Under the pieces are notes generated by a model that saw nothing but the letters and a program-made list of their open reading frames with translations, was not told where the DNA came from and searched no databases. The position numbers and the translations under genes were made by a program. DNA of 59,878 nt from Bacilli bacterium (GTDB lineage: Bacteria > Bacillota_I > Bacilli_A > RF39 > UBA660), in the NCBI GenBank assembly GCA_051872655.1, contig JBJEEB010000005.1, forward strand, positions 1-59,878. Reading direction: 5' to 3'. Of this stretch, positions 1 to 9,520 are shown piece by piece (within the stretch, counting starts at the first letter, position 1; each line of letters begins with the position of its first letter).

Positions 1-2621
1 CTTCAAAAGCAACTGATAATACTTCATTTACTATTAAACCAGTAGATGGATTAGATGCAGGAACATATACAGCAACAATAACTGTTACTGATATGTCAGA
101 TAAGATATATACAGCAACTGTAACATTTATAGTGGAAAAAGCTGATATTACACCAACAGTAAGTGTAAGTAATGTAGAATATGGTACGCCAGTAGATCCA
201 ACAATAAATGGTAATACTGGAAGTGGTACAGTAGAATATCACTATATTGATTCAGAAGATAATGATACTACTACAAAACCAACAAATGCTGGTAGTTATA
301 AAGTATATGCTATAATTGGTGAGACTACTAATTATAAAGGTGCAACAACTAGCAAAGTGGATTTCACAATTAATCCAAAATCAATAACTATAGCAGTTGA
401 TCCTATTGCTGATCAAACATATACTGGCTCAGAAATAACACCAACAGTTGTTGTAAAAGATGGATCAACAACATTAACAAAAGGAACTGATTATGAAGTT
501 GTATATTCAGATAATAAAAATGCTGGAACAGCTAAAGCTATAATTTCTAAGGCAACTAATGGAAATTATACTTTTAGCGATAAGGAAGTAAATTTTACAA
601 TTAAAAAAGTTCAATTAGAAAAAGTAACTTTAATGACTGATGAAATTGTATATAATGGTTTAGGAAGTTTCCCAGGTACAGATAATTATAATAGTAGTTT
701 ACAAGAATTATCTGGAACACTTGGTGCTGTTAATGTAGGTGATTATACAACTACAGTAGCATTAAAAGATAGTGCCAATTATGAATGGGTTGATGGTACT
801 ACAGGAAATTTAACTCTTAATTGGAAAATTATTCAAGCAACTATTACTGATGCAAGTGTAACATTACCACAAGCAGCATATAGAGTAACAGGTAGTGAAA
901 TTACACCAAATCCAACAGTAGTAGTAAATGGTAGAATATTAACACAATATACTGATTATACAGTAAGTTATACTGATAATACTAGTATAGGTACAGCAAC
1001 TGTAACTGTTACTGGTAAAAATAATTATAAAGGTACAGGAATAGCAACATTTGAAATAGCCGATAAAGAAGTTTTAACTATCAGTGGACTAAACAATAAT
1101 GAAGAGTTCACTTATGATGGAACTTCAAAAACTCCAACTGGAACTTTAACTATAACAGATGATAAAGTTTCTGTAAGTGAATTAGAAGTATTATATGAAG
1201 GAACTGATAATAGCTATAATTCTACTATTGCACCAGTTAATGCAGGTTCTTATAAAGTAACTTATAAGATAGCAGATACCAATGTGGATTATTCTGGAAG
1301 CGTTAGTTATAACTTTAAAATTAAAAAAGTTCAATTAGAAAAAGTTACTCTAAGAACTAATGAAATTGTATATAATGGTTTAGGAAGTTTCCCAGCAATG
1401 GATAATTATAATAGTAGTTTACAAGAATTATCTGGAACACTTGGTGCTACTAATGCAGGTGATTATACAACTACAGTATCATTAAAAGATAAAAACAATT
1501 ATGAATGGGTTGATGGTACTACAGGAAATTTAACTCTTAGTTGGAAAATTGTTCAAGCAACTCCAACTTATGAACTTCCTACTAATTTAACAGGTGTTAA
1601 AGGAGATACTCTTGCAGATATTACTTTAAGTGGAAGATTTACTTGGAATGTACCTAGTACAGCACTTGTTGTTGGAACACATACTTATAAAGCAACTTAT
1701 ACACCAGAAGATACTTTAAATTATAAAACTATTACTGATATTGATATAACAGTAGTTACAAAAGATTTATTTGATGTTAATACTTCAGTTAATGGAGGTA
1801 ATGGTACAATTACTTCTTCTAAAACTAATGTAATAGAAGGAAGTGTTGTAGAACTAACATTTACTCCAGATACTGGTTATATGATTGATAAAGTACTAGT
1901 AAATTCAGTAGAAACTAATGTAACAAGTAATAGAATTAATCTTACTGTAGATAAAAATTATAATGTTGAAGTAAGTTATAAAAAAATTCCATTTGTTGTA
2001 ACTGTTAAGGAAGTTACAGGAGCAACTGTTACACCTAATGGTGCAATAAGTGTTAATTATGGAGATAATAAAGAGTTTACTATTTCTGTAAATAGTGGTT
2101 ATAGATTAATTAAAGTATTAGTTGATGGTACTGATAAAACTTCAGATATGGTTGGTGATAATTTAACTCTTACTAATATAACTTCTAATATGGAACTTGA
2201 AGTAGTCGTTGAAAAAATCATCTATGAAGTAACAGAAGGTGCTAATCAAAAATACACAATCACTAAAAATACTGAAGCTAAATTTAGAATAGATGCTAAT
2301 TATGATTTGTTTGATGGAGAAGTGTATATTGATAATGTATTAGTAGATTCTGAAAACTATACTTCTGAAAGTGGTAGTACAGTTATAACATTTAAACAAA
2401 GTTATATTGATACATTATCAGAAGGAGAACATACTTTAAAAGTTGTTTTCTCAGATGGTGGAGAAGCAACTACTAAATTCACTGTAGCAAGTGTTATTCC
2501 AGAAATTGATAATCCAAAAACAGGGGATAATGTTATATTCTATGTAGTAACTGGCATCCTATCTTTATTGGGATTAGCTGGAGCTGGAGCATTTGTTATT
2601 AGAAGAAAACAAACAAATTAA
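1..2621 (+). CDS. Large sortase-anchored surface protein (MBG-like and InlB-B-like repeats, X2-like C-terminal domain); 5' truncated by the window edge
   Basis: Frame is open from base 3 (SKATDNTSFTIKPVDGLDAGTYTATITVTDM...), so the Met at 93 is not the true start. Repeated Ig-like modules (PTNAGSYKV / PVNAGSYKV; DYxVxYxDNxxxGTA). C-terminal NPKTG + hydrophobic helix + RRK tail. Confidence 0.85.
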   Translation, partial: SKATDNTSFTIKPVDGLDAGTYTATITVTDMSDKIYTATVTFIVEKADITPTVSVSNVEYGTPVDPTINGNTGSGTVEYHYIDSEDNDTTTKPTNAGSYKVYAIIGETTNYKGATTSKVDFTINPKSITIAVDPIADQTYTGSEITPTVVVKDGSTTLTKGTDYEVVYSDNKNAGTAKAIISKATNGNYTFSDKEVNFTIKKVQLEKVTLMTDEIVYNGLGSFPGTDNYNSSLQELSGTLGAVNVGDYTTTVALKDSANYEWVDGTTGNLTLNWKIIQATITDASVTLPQAAYRVTGSEITPNPTVVVNGRILTQYTDYTVSYTDNTSIGTATVTVTGKNNYKGTGIATFEIADKEVLTISGLNNNEEFTYDGTSKTPTGTLTITDDKVSVSELEVLYEGTDNSYNSTIAPVNAGSYKVTYKIADTNVDYSGSVSYNFKIKKVQLEKVTLRTNEIVYNGLGSFPAMDNYNSSLQELSGTLGATNAGDYTTTVSLKDKNNYEWVDGTTGNLTLSWKIVQATPTYELPTNLTGVKGDTLADITLSGRFTWNVPSTALVVGTHTYKATYTPEDTLNYKTITDIDITVVTKDLFDVNTSVNGGNGTITSSKTNVIEGSVVELTFTPDTGYMIDKVLVNSVETNVTSNRINLTVDKNYNVEVSYKKIPFVVTVKEVTGATVTPNGAISVNYGDNKEFTISVNSGYRLIKVLVDGTDKTSDMVGDNLTLTNITSNMELEVVVEKIIYEVTEGANQKYTITKNTEAKFRIDANYDLFDGEVYIDNVLVDSENYTSESGSTVITFKQSYIDTLSEGEHTLKVVFSDGGEATTKFTVASVIPEIDNPKTGDNVIFYVVTGILSLLGLAGAGAFVIRRKQTN
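601..1562 (+). repeat. Two ~242-bp direct repeats (601-842 and 1321-1562) inside the surface-protein gene
   Basis: Offset exactly 720 nt; 19 mismatches in 242 nt by my count (~92% identity). Confidence 0.95.
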
Positions 2622-2625
2622 AAAT

Positions 2626-2655
2626 GGGTTAGAGTTTTCTCTAACTCCTTTTTTT
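2626..2655 (+). terminator. Intrinsic terminator
   Basis: gggttagag-tttt-ctctaactc followed by a T tract, just after the stop at 2621. Confidence 0.75.
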
Positions 2656-2675
2656 GTAAAAGAAAGGATGATAAT

Positions 2676-3161
2676 GTGAATAAGAAAAAAAGTAAATTAA
2701 AATTCAAGAAAAAACAAATTATCATTATTTCAAGTATTCTTTTAGTGATTATAGTATTTGCTATAATAATGATTACTAAAACTCCTAATGTGGGTAGTAT
2801 TAAAAATGGCAAAGCTAATTATATTGACAGAATTGTAAATGTTACTAAAAGTGAAGATAATATTGTCATAGAGTTTAAAAACAATGAAGAACTAATTGAT
2901 AATTGCATTATGACTAAAGAAATTTATGATAAATTTAAAGCAAATGATCCTTTATATAATATAAGTATTAAAGACTATGCTAATTTATCTACTATTAGTT
3001 CAAAGGAAAGTTATAACATAAATAAAGCGATTCAATTAAAATTAGTTTCAGAAGACACTAGCTATACTGAATTTTTTGCAATGACTTGTGGCTTTAAAAA
3101 TAAAAAGGAACTTATGAAATACACAAAAGCAGTAATAAAATTATCAAATAAAGAAAAGTAA
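2676..3161 (+). CDS. Hypothetical protein with N-terminal membrane anchor
   Basis: RBS gaaagga, GTG start, Lys-rich N-terminus then IIIISSILLVIIVFAIIMI. Confidence 0.7.
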   Translation: MNKKKSKLKFKKKQIIIISSILLVIIVFAIIMITKTPNVGSIKNGKANYIDRIVNVTKSEDNIVIEFKNNEELIDNCIMTKEIYDKFKANDPLYNISIKDYANLSTISSKESYNINKAIQLKLVSEDTSYTEFFAMTCGFKNKKELMKYTKAVIKLSNKEK

Positions 3162-3180
3162 AATAATCAATTTAAGAATT

Positions 3181-3207
3181 AGGTAGTGTTTTCACTACCT
3201 TATTTTT
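3181..3207. terminator. Hairpin between convergent genes (probably bidirectional terminator)
   Basis: aggtagtg-tttt-cactacct, perfect 8-bp stem. Confidence 0.7.
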
Positions 3208-3255
3208 AATTAATATTAGCAATCCTATTTTTTAAAATAAAAAAGATTCAATTAT

Positions 3256-3702
3256 CTAATTTTTTGAATCTTTTATTTTTCCACATATCCAATCAATAGA
3301 TACTTTATAGTATTTAGCAAACTCTATCAATGGATAAGTATGAATTAAAATTTTTCCCATTTCATATTTTGAATAATTAGATTGATCTACTTTAATTATT
3401 TCAGAAATTTTATCTTGGGTATCATTATTTTCCATTCTAATAGTCTTTAAATTGTTTCCTATAATTTTTTTATCAATATTATCGTTAATAGTATCATATT
3501 TCTTAATATTTGTAAGACCGCATATATAATCTAAACTAATGCCATAATAATTACAAAAATCATTTAATTTCGTCAATGGAATAATATCAATACCATTTTC
3601 CCAACCGGCATATGTTGATCTTGTTGTCTTTAAACTTTGGGCAACTTCTTTTTGTGTATTATCAAAGTATTCTCTAATCTCTTTCATTCTTTCATATATC
3701 AT
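3256..3702 (-). CDS. XRE-family regulator with two tandem HTH domains
   Basis: Two cHTH repeats (TQKEVAQSL..RSTYAGWENG; TQDKISEII..QSNYSKYEMG). Start moved to the ATG at 3702, which follows RBS gaggtgg. Confidence 0.85.
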   Translation of the reverse strand: MIYERMKEIREYFDNTQKEVAQSLKTTRSTYAGWENGIDIIPLTKLNDFCNYYGISLDYICGLTNIKKYDTINDNIDKKIIGNNLKTIRMENNDTQDKISEIIKVDQSNYSKYEMGKILIHTYPLIEFAKYYKVSIDWICGKIKDSKN

Positions 3703-3809
3703 AAGTACCACCTCATAATATAATTTTCTCAAATAAAAAAATAATATTAAAAAAGTGTCGGGACATTACCTAAAAATATGATATACTTATTAAGAAAGGA
3801 GCGATTATT

Positions 3810-4118
3810 GTGTATAAACTTGATTTTGAAGATTATATTACTATTATTTTTAAGTCTTTATTAATAACTTTAATACATACACCATTAATTATTGGATCAG
3901 TCTATCTTATTGATATGAATATTAATTTTTCCAATATTATTTGTAGTATTAGTGGAATTCCAAAGGATTTAGCTTTAACAGTTATGAGTCCTGGATTTGG
4001 TAATGAAATTATTTTTTTGACTACGGTTTTTGAATTTGGTATTATCTTTTATGTAATTAATAAATTTACAAAAACAAAATTATTTAACACTGTTTATGAA
4101 TTTATTTACTATTTATAA
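3810..4118 (+). CDS. Small membrane protein
   Basis: RBS aaggag; two to three hydrophobic segments; divergent from the XRE gene. Confidence 0.65.
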   Translation: MYKLDFEDYITIIFKSLLITLIHTPLIIGSVYLIDMNINFSNIICSISGIPKDLALTVMSPGFGNEIIFLTTVFEFGIIFYVINKFTKTKLFNTVYEFIYYL

Positions 4119-4213
4119 TTTATGTTATAAATAATAATTTTATGTGATACAATAATTTATATAAAGAACCGTTATTATTAAAATTTATTAATTTTTGAAA
4201 AGAGGATGTATAT

Positions 4214-4729
4214 ATGATAGATATTAAATTTAAAAATATTTATGAATTATCAAAAGAACTTCAACAAAAATACTATAAACAAGACTATGATAGATTATTG
4301 CAAATAGACACCAACATTGGTACTTTTAATGAGTTTGTTGAAAATGAGAATACAAAACTAAAAAATATATCTTCTGATAAGAATCAAAATCTAAATGATA
4401 TTTATATATCAAAAGATAATATTCAAAAAGATAATATAACTTTTGAATTGTATTTGATTCATTATATGCATACTGATCCAACTATGTTGGATGAAAATTA
4501 TCATGTACTCCCTTTAACTGAAAAAGAAGTTTTTGAATATGGTGCCATTGTATCATTAACAGATGACAATGGTTTCTATGATATTAGTGGTGTATTTGGA
4601 GGAATAGAAGATAATAAAGAAGATGCTATTTTAAAATATAATATATTAAAAGATATGATAGAAAAAAAATCTATAACAGAACTTCTTGATGAAATAGAAG
4701 ATTCAATTTTGCAACAATTAAATGGTTAA
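4214..4729 (+). CDS. Hypothetical acidic protein
   Basis: RBS agagga; 171-aa ORF with no motif I recognise. Confidence 0.65.
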   Translation: MIDIKFKNIYELSKELQQKYYKQDYDRLLQIDTNIGTFNEFVENENTKLKNISSDKNQNLNDIYISKDNIQKDNITFELYLIHYMHTDPTMLDENYHVLPLTEKEVFEYGAIVSLTDDNGFYDISGVFGGIEDNKEDAILKYNILKDMIEKKSITELLDEIEDSILQQLNG

Positions 4730-4751
4730 AAACGCTTAATTTAAGTGTTGG

Positions 4752-4823
4752 CACAAATTGTACACAAAATGACATGAATTGGTCATGAATTGAGCTTGAC
4801 TTTGTCTTGTCAAGTGATATAAT
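4752..4823 (+). promoter_or_regulatory. sigmaA-like promoter P1 with upstream phased direct repeats and an overlapping inverted repeat
   Basis: TTGACT 4796-4801, extended -10 TGnTATAAT 4815-4823. cacaaa x2 and catgaattg x2, each with 11-bp period. cttgac...gtcaag IR over the -35. Confidence 0.7.
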
Positions 4824-4885
4824 GTAGTAAAATGAATTAATTATGCAAAGAGATTACTTTATTATTCATTTTTATAAAAAAATTA

Positions 4886-4914
4886 TTGACATATTTTCCT
4901 AAAAATATTAGAAT
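4886..4914 (+). promoter_or_regulatory. sigmaA-like promoter P2
   Basis: TTGACA-17 nt-TAGAAT. Confidence 0.7.
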
Positions 4915-4980
4915 AGGTAACAATTAGTTTAAAGTTATTGGTAGTTCTGCTATCTATAACGAATTTATATTTAATTTTTT

Positions 4981-5046
4981 AGGGTAGAAGAAGCAGTATC
5001 AATTTCTATTTTAAGATTAGTTACTGGATTTCTTCTCCCTTTTTTT
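4981..5046 (+). terminator. Long leader hairpin with U tract (terminator/attenuator or sRNA 3' end)
   Basis: agggtagaagaa...ttcttctccct arms with inner cagta/tactg pairing, then tttttt. Confidence 0.65.
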
Positions 5047-5065
5047 AGGGAATGAGGTTGACTGT

Positions 5066-5191
5066 ATGAATTACAATAAAATTGTTTATTCGTCTAAAAC
5101 TATATTTAGAAATTATGATTTTGGTGATAATTCACTTGTTTTAAATGCCTCTGAAAAAAATATGTTAAATCTTATTAAGAGAGAAAGTTAG
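5066..5191 (+). CDS. 41-aa upstream ORF (candidate leader peptide)
   Basis: RBS gagg; MNYNKIVYSSKTIFRNYDFGDNSLVLNASEKNMLNLIKRES. Its stop codon lies in the 5' arm of the 5177-5222 hairpin. Confidence 0.45.
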   Translation: MNYNKIVYSSKTIFRNYDFGDNSLVLNASEKNMLNLIKRES

Positions 5192-5222
5192 GGTTTTGCC
5201 CCAATTTTCTCTCTTTTATTTT
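5177..5222 (+). terminator. 17-bp hairpin with U-rich tail immediately before the RBS of the ArpU-like gene
   Basis: aagagagaaagttaggg-ttttg-ccccaattttctctctt; one mismatch, one G-U pair. Confidence 0.7.
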
Positions 5223-5230
5223 AGGAAAGG

Positions 5231-5716
5231 GTGGTTACTATGGATTTAAAATTAGAACCAAATATTCAAGATGAATTTGCTGACAATTTTACATTAACAA
5301 AAGAAGAAATGGTAATATATGATATACCTGCTACTTTTGAGAAAGTTGTTGAAAAATTAAGAGAGTTAAAAATAGCAAGAAATAAGTATATTAATGGATA
5401 TCATGTACGATTAACTCCAAATTATAGACCAAGATTAGAACAATTTACTCAAAATATTTCTGATCCTGTTGGTAAAGCAGTAGAATATAAATTAGATAAT
5501 GAACAAGAATATAACTTATTTAATATTCAACTAAACAAATTATATTCTATTATGTCAAAAGAAGAAAATGCTTATATAAATGATTGCTTACTATGTGGCA
5601 AATCAGAATCATCAGTTAAATCTAAATTTGATATTCCTAGAAGAACTTTTGATGTAATAAAGGATAGTGCAATAGTAAGATTTGGAATAGTCTTTAATAT
5701 AATAGTTTACAAATAA
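5231..5716 (+). CDS. Phage ArpU/RinA-like transcriptional regulator
   Basis: RBS ggaaaggg. Size and C-terminal sigma4-like HTH pattern (YINDCLLCGKSESSVKSKFDIPRRTFDVIKDSAIVRF). Confidence 0.55.
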   Translation: MVTMDLKLEPNIQDEFADNFTLTKEEMVIYDIPATFEKVVEKLRELKIARNKYINGYHVRLTPNYRPRLEQFTQNISDPVGKAVEYKLDNEQEYNLFNIQLNKLYSIMSKEENAYINDCLLCGKSESSVKSKFDIPRRTFDVIKDSAIVRFGIVFNIIVYK

Positions 5717-5739
5717 TAAAATTGAAGTAGTAGCCATAG

Positions 5740-5761
5740 GAGTCGTATTGACTCTTTTTTT
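5740..5761 (+). terminator. Intrinsic terminator
   Basis: gagtc-gtatt-gactc-ttttttt. Confidence 0.55.
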
Positions 5762-5890
5762 GTGCATTAAGTTACGAGTTTATAGGGATCTCGTTAAAAA
5801 AACTAATATTTAAGAAAGGAGTGATAAACTTGAAGTATATTATAAAAGTTAAATTAAAAATACCATAAATACTAATATTTGAAAAATTTT

Positions 5891-5930
5891 AAAAAAACTC
5901 TTGCAAAATTTCATTTTTTAAGTGATAAAT
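5891..5930 (+). promoter_or_regulatory. 40-bp promoter-like element, copy 1 (copy 2 at 32458-32497)
   Basis: aaaaaaactcttgcaaaatttcattttttaagtgataaat; 38/40 identical to copy 2; contains TTGCAA and a TG-ATAAAT box. Confidence 0.75.
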
Positions 5931-6004
5931 AGAATAGTAAAAATCTTTTATATTTACCTATTTTTAGCCATTATAAGAGATTTAAGGGTAGGAGTTGATA
6001 TACT

Positions 6005-6733
6005 ATGAGAGAAACATTTAAAGGTCGTATTAAATGGATTATTTTGATTAGTGTAGTAGTAGTTGGAATAGGTATTATATTTACATTAGTGTTTAGTGAT
6101 TCCAATAAAAATTATGATACTAAAAGAAATTCAAAAATTACTTCTGATGTTAAAGAAGAATTAAAAGAAAATAAAGTATTAGAAGAACAAAAAATAGAAG
6201 AAGATAAGGGAGAGGAAAGTATTGATGTTGTAGAAAAAGAAACAACTACAAATAACACTCCAAAAACTAATGATAAAAATAGTTCTTCAACTAATTCTAA
6301 ACCTAATAATGTAACATCAAGTAATAAAACTAATACTAACTCAAATCAAACAACGACCAATAACAATAATAGTGTAAATTCTAATACGAATAGTAATTCT
6401 AATAATAATAATAATATATCAAATAATACTGAACCACCAAAGCAAGATCCACCAATTAATAAACCTAGTGAAGACTTAACTAAAATTGCTAACCCAAATG
6501 ACTTTTTTTATTCAATAACTGGTGGTAATGTTGAGTTTTCAACTAATGCAGGTTGTATGAAAGCAGGAGAAGACATTGCTTTTATAGATGTAGTAGATAT
6601 TCAGTATTTTAGATGTTATGAGGTAACTTCAAAAGCAAATACTATAATGGGTTATTACTTAAATATATTTTGTGAGAATGGAAATTGTAATTCAAGATAC
6701 AAATCAATGATTAATATAAACGATTATGATTAA
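6005..6733 (+). CDS. Membrane-anchored protein with Asn/Thr/Ser-rich linker and Cys-containing C-terminal domain
   Basis: N-terminal TM helix, low-complexity NNNN linker, 4 Cys near the C-terminus; has its own promoter and terminator. Confidence 0.75.
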   Translation: MRETFKGRIKWIILISVVVVGIGIIFTLVFSDSNKNYDTKRNSKITSDVKEELKENKVLEEQKIEEDKGEESIDVVEKETTTNNTPKTNDKNSSSTNSKPNNVTSSNKTNTNSNQTTTNNNNSVNSNTNSNSNNNNNISNNTEPPKQDPPINKPSEDLTKIANPNDFFYSITGGNVEFSTNAGCMKAGEDIAFIDVVDIQYFRCYEVTSKANTIMGYYLNIFCENGNCNSRYKSMININDYD

Positions 6734-6738
6734 TCTAT

Positions 6739-6765
6739 ATGCACCTAGAAAGGTGTATTTTTTTT
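6739..6765 (+). terminator. Intrinsic terminator
   Basis: atgcacct-agaa-aggtgtat followed by a T tract. Confidence 0.65.
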
Positions 6766-6787
6766 ATAAGGAGGAAGATGAATACAA

Positions 6788-9520
6788 ATGAAAATTAATT
6801 TAAAGAAATGTGCATTAGTATTAGCACTAACAATTGGTGCGTTTATTGGTGTTCAAAATGTTCATGCAGCCACATTAACAATGGAAGATTCAGGTTATTT
6901 TTATGATAGAAATAATGCAAGTGGAAATGATAGACACTCATGGTATTGGAGATTATACACTGTAGATGGGCAAGTTGCATATTGTATTGAGCCAGGTACT
7001 CCAGAGGGGACTTCAATGATAGAAGGAAATTGGTCAAATACAGGTTTATCTGATTCAATAAAAGAAAGAATTACATTAATTGGATATTATGGTTATACTT
7101 ATCCAGGACATCAAACTTTAAAATATCGAGCAGCTACACAAGGAATGATTTGGCAAACAATTATAGGTAGTGGTTATGTAAATTTTTCTACTGAAAGATG
7201 GGGAGCAGGAACTCAATTAGATATATCAGCAGAAACTGCTGAAATTGAAAGATTAATAGCTACCCATTATACTAGACCAAGTTTTAATGGTGGAACATAT
7301 AGTTTACAAGTGGGAGAAACTATTACACTAACTGATACAAATAATGTACTAGGAAATTATGATATTTTAGTAAATGGTGCAGATTATAGTGTAAATGGAA
7401 ATAATTTAATTATAAAACCTACTACAAGTGGAACTATCACAGTAAATTTAAAAAAGAAAATGCCTTATTCATCAAATTATAAAATATTTTATGGAGATGG
7501 AGTTCAGAATATGTTTGTTGCAGGTTCGACTGATCCTGTTGTTAGTCAATTTAAAATAAATTCATATTATGGACAAGTTGAGATGAATAAAAAAGATGTT
7601 GAAACAGGTTCTACTGCTCAAGGACAAGCGACATTAAAGAATGCTATATATGGAGTATATAAAACTGATGGATCATTAGTAACAAAAATTACGACTGATG
7701 AAAATGGATATGCCATAAGTGATTCGGTATTAAGTTATGGAACATATTATTTACAAGAAATAAGTGCTAGTAATGGATATGAAATAAATAATGAAAAGAT
7801 TTTCTTTGATATTAAGGGAAAGAGTCTAGTTAAAGCCGAAGATTCAAAAGAAACAGTAGTAAAAAATTATATAAGTATATTGAAACAATATGATTTTGTA
7901 GATGGTAACACTACTTTTTTAAATGCTGAAAAAGGTATAAAATTTGAAATTTATTATCCGAATGGAGAAAAGTTTGATGAAATAATTACTGATAAAAATG
8001 GTTATGCAACTATTAATCTACCTTATGGAGTATGGAAATTTCATCAAGTAAATTCAACAACAGGATTTGAAAAAATTTATGATTTTTATATTACAGTTGA
8101 TTATAATTCAGAAAAAGAACAATATTATAATATTTTAAACAATGCTTTATCTGCTTATTTACAAGTTTTTAAAACTGATGTTGAAACAGGAAAAACAATT
8201 GCTTTTGCTGATACTACATTTAAAATCTATAACAAAGATACAAAACAATATGTATCTCAATATGTGGGTGGAAAAGTATATAGTGAATTTAAAACTGATA
8301 AAGATGGTAAATTTATAACTTATCTTAAATTAGTTGCAGGAAATTATACTTTATATGAAATATCTAGTCCAAAAGGTTATTTATTAGATGAAAAAGGGAT
8401 AGATTTTACTATTGGAAATGATACGCATTATTCATATACTACTTATGAACCATTTATTACAGTATACTTTAATAATAGTCCAATAAAAGGACAAATTGAA
8501 GTAATAAAGGATGGGGAAGTTTTCACAATAGAAGATGGAACTTTTAATTATAATGATAGAATTACATTAGAGGGTATTGTTTATAATATCTATGCTGATG
8601 AAGATATTAAATCATCAGATGGAACTCATATTTATTATAATAAAGGAGATTTAGTTGGAACAATTACTACTAATAAAGATGGATATGCTATAAGTGAGGA
8701 GTTACCATTAGGAAAATATAAAGTAGTAGAAGTAAGAACAAATGATGAATATTTACTTGATGAAACTGAATATTTTGTAGAGCTAATTGAAAAAGATAAT
8801 AAAACAGCAATTGTTTATAGTTCTATTAAAATGACTAATACTTTAAAAAAGGCAAAGGTGGAAATAACAAAGACTGATCTTATCAATGGAGATGTTATTC
8901 CTAATACAATTTTAGAAGTATATACTGAAAATGATGAATTGATTTTTACAGGAAAAACTGATAAAGAAGGTAAAATCATTATTGATGGATTGAAATTAGG
9001 TAAATATTATATTTTAGAGAAAGAGGCATCATTAGGTTATGTTATAACTAACGAAAAAATCTATTTTGAATTAAAAGATAATGGAGAAATAGTAAAAGCC
9101 GAAATGAAGAATAAACCTATAACATCAACAGTAGAAATAACAAAAATTGATGTTTCAAATAGTGAGCCATTACCTAATACTATTATTGAAGTTTACAATG
9201 ATAAAGATGAATTAATTTATAGTGGTAAAACAAATGAAGAAGGTAAAATTGTCATTGAAGAATTAAGGTATGGAAAATATTATTTTATAGAAAAAGAAGC
9301 ACCAGAGGGTTATCAGTTTAATAGTGAAAAAATGTATTTTGAAGTTCTTGAAGATGGAGAAATTATAAAATGCACTATGACAGATGAAAAAATTGTAATT
9401 GAAGTGCCTAATACTTTAAAAAATGATTATATACCATTTATCATGTTTGGAATGTCAGTTATAGGAATGGGAGCAGTTGCTTATGGATTCATCAAAAGTA
9501 AAAAAGCAAAGAAAAAATAA
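6788..9520 (+). CDS. Thioester-domain (TED) adhesin with SpaA/CnaB isopeptide repeats
   Basis: Signal peptide; YCIEPG and ATQGMIW thioester motifs; repeated G.Y...E..AP.GY CnaB motifs; VPNT sorting signal + TM + Lys tail. Confidence 0.85.
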   Translation: MKINLKKCALVLALTIGAFIGVQNVHAATLTMEDSGYFYDRNNASGNDRHSWYWRLYTVDGQVAYCIEPGTPEGTSMIEGNWSNTGLSDSIKERITLIGYYGYTYPGHQTLKYRAATQGMIWQTIIGSGYVNFSTERWGAGTQLDISAETAEIERLIATHYTRPSFNGGTYSLQVGETITLTDTNNVLGNYDILVNGADYSVNGNNLIIKPTTSGTITVNLKKKMPYSSNYKIFYGDGVQNMFVAGSTDPVVSQFKINSYYGQVEMNKKDVETGSTAQGQATLKNAIYGVYKTDGSLVTKITTDENGYAISDSVLSYGTYYLQEISASNGYEINNEKIFFDIKGKSLVKAEDSKETVVKNYISILKQYDFVDGNTTFLNAEKGIKFEIYYPNGEKFDEIITDKNGYATINLPYGVWKFHQVNSTTGFEKIYDFYITVDYNSEKEQYYNILNNALSAYLQVFKTDVETGKTIAFADTTFKIYNKDTKQYVSQYVGGKVYSEFKTDKDGKFITYLKLVAGNYTLYEISSPKGYLLDEKGIDFTIGNDTHYSYTTYEPFITVYFNNSPIKGQIEVIKDGEVFTIEDGTFNYNDRITLEGIVYNIYADEDIKSSDGTHIYYNKGDLVGTITTNKDGYAISEELPLGKYKVVEVRTNDEYLLDETEYFVELIEKDNKTAIVYSSIKMTNTLKKAKVEITKTDLINGDVIPNTILEVYTENDELIFTGKTDKEGKIIIDGLKLGKYYILEKEASLGYVITNEKIYFELKDNGEIVKAEMKNKPITSTVEITKIDVSNSEPLPNTIIEVYNDKDELIYSGKTNEEGKIVIEELRYGKYYFIEKEAPEGYQFNSEKMYFEVLEDGEIIKCTMTDEKIVIEVPNTLKNDYIPFIMFGMSVIGMGAVAYGFIKSKKAKKK

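Noticed and set aside
601-1562. Repeat pair as a DGR template/variable region
   Set aside because: Mismatches are not restricted to adenines in either copy, both copies are in-frame coding, and there is no reverse transcriptase in the window.
4792-4814. gagcttgact / gtcaag similarity to the integrase-end sequence gaacttgact as a possible attL arm
   Set aside because: The match is 9/10 nt in AT-rich DNA and coincides with a -35 box; insufficient to place the left end.
5729-5738. agtagccata identical to an oriT iteron half (17942-17951)
   Set aside because: A single 10-mer; a chance occurrence in 60 kb is plausible.
6240-6430. aat/aac-rich stretch as a contingency microsatellite
   Set aside because: Imperfect, in-frame Asn/Thr/Ser linker coding with no pure tract long enough to suggest phase variation.
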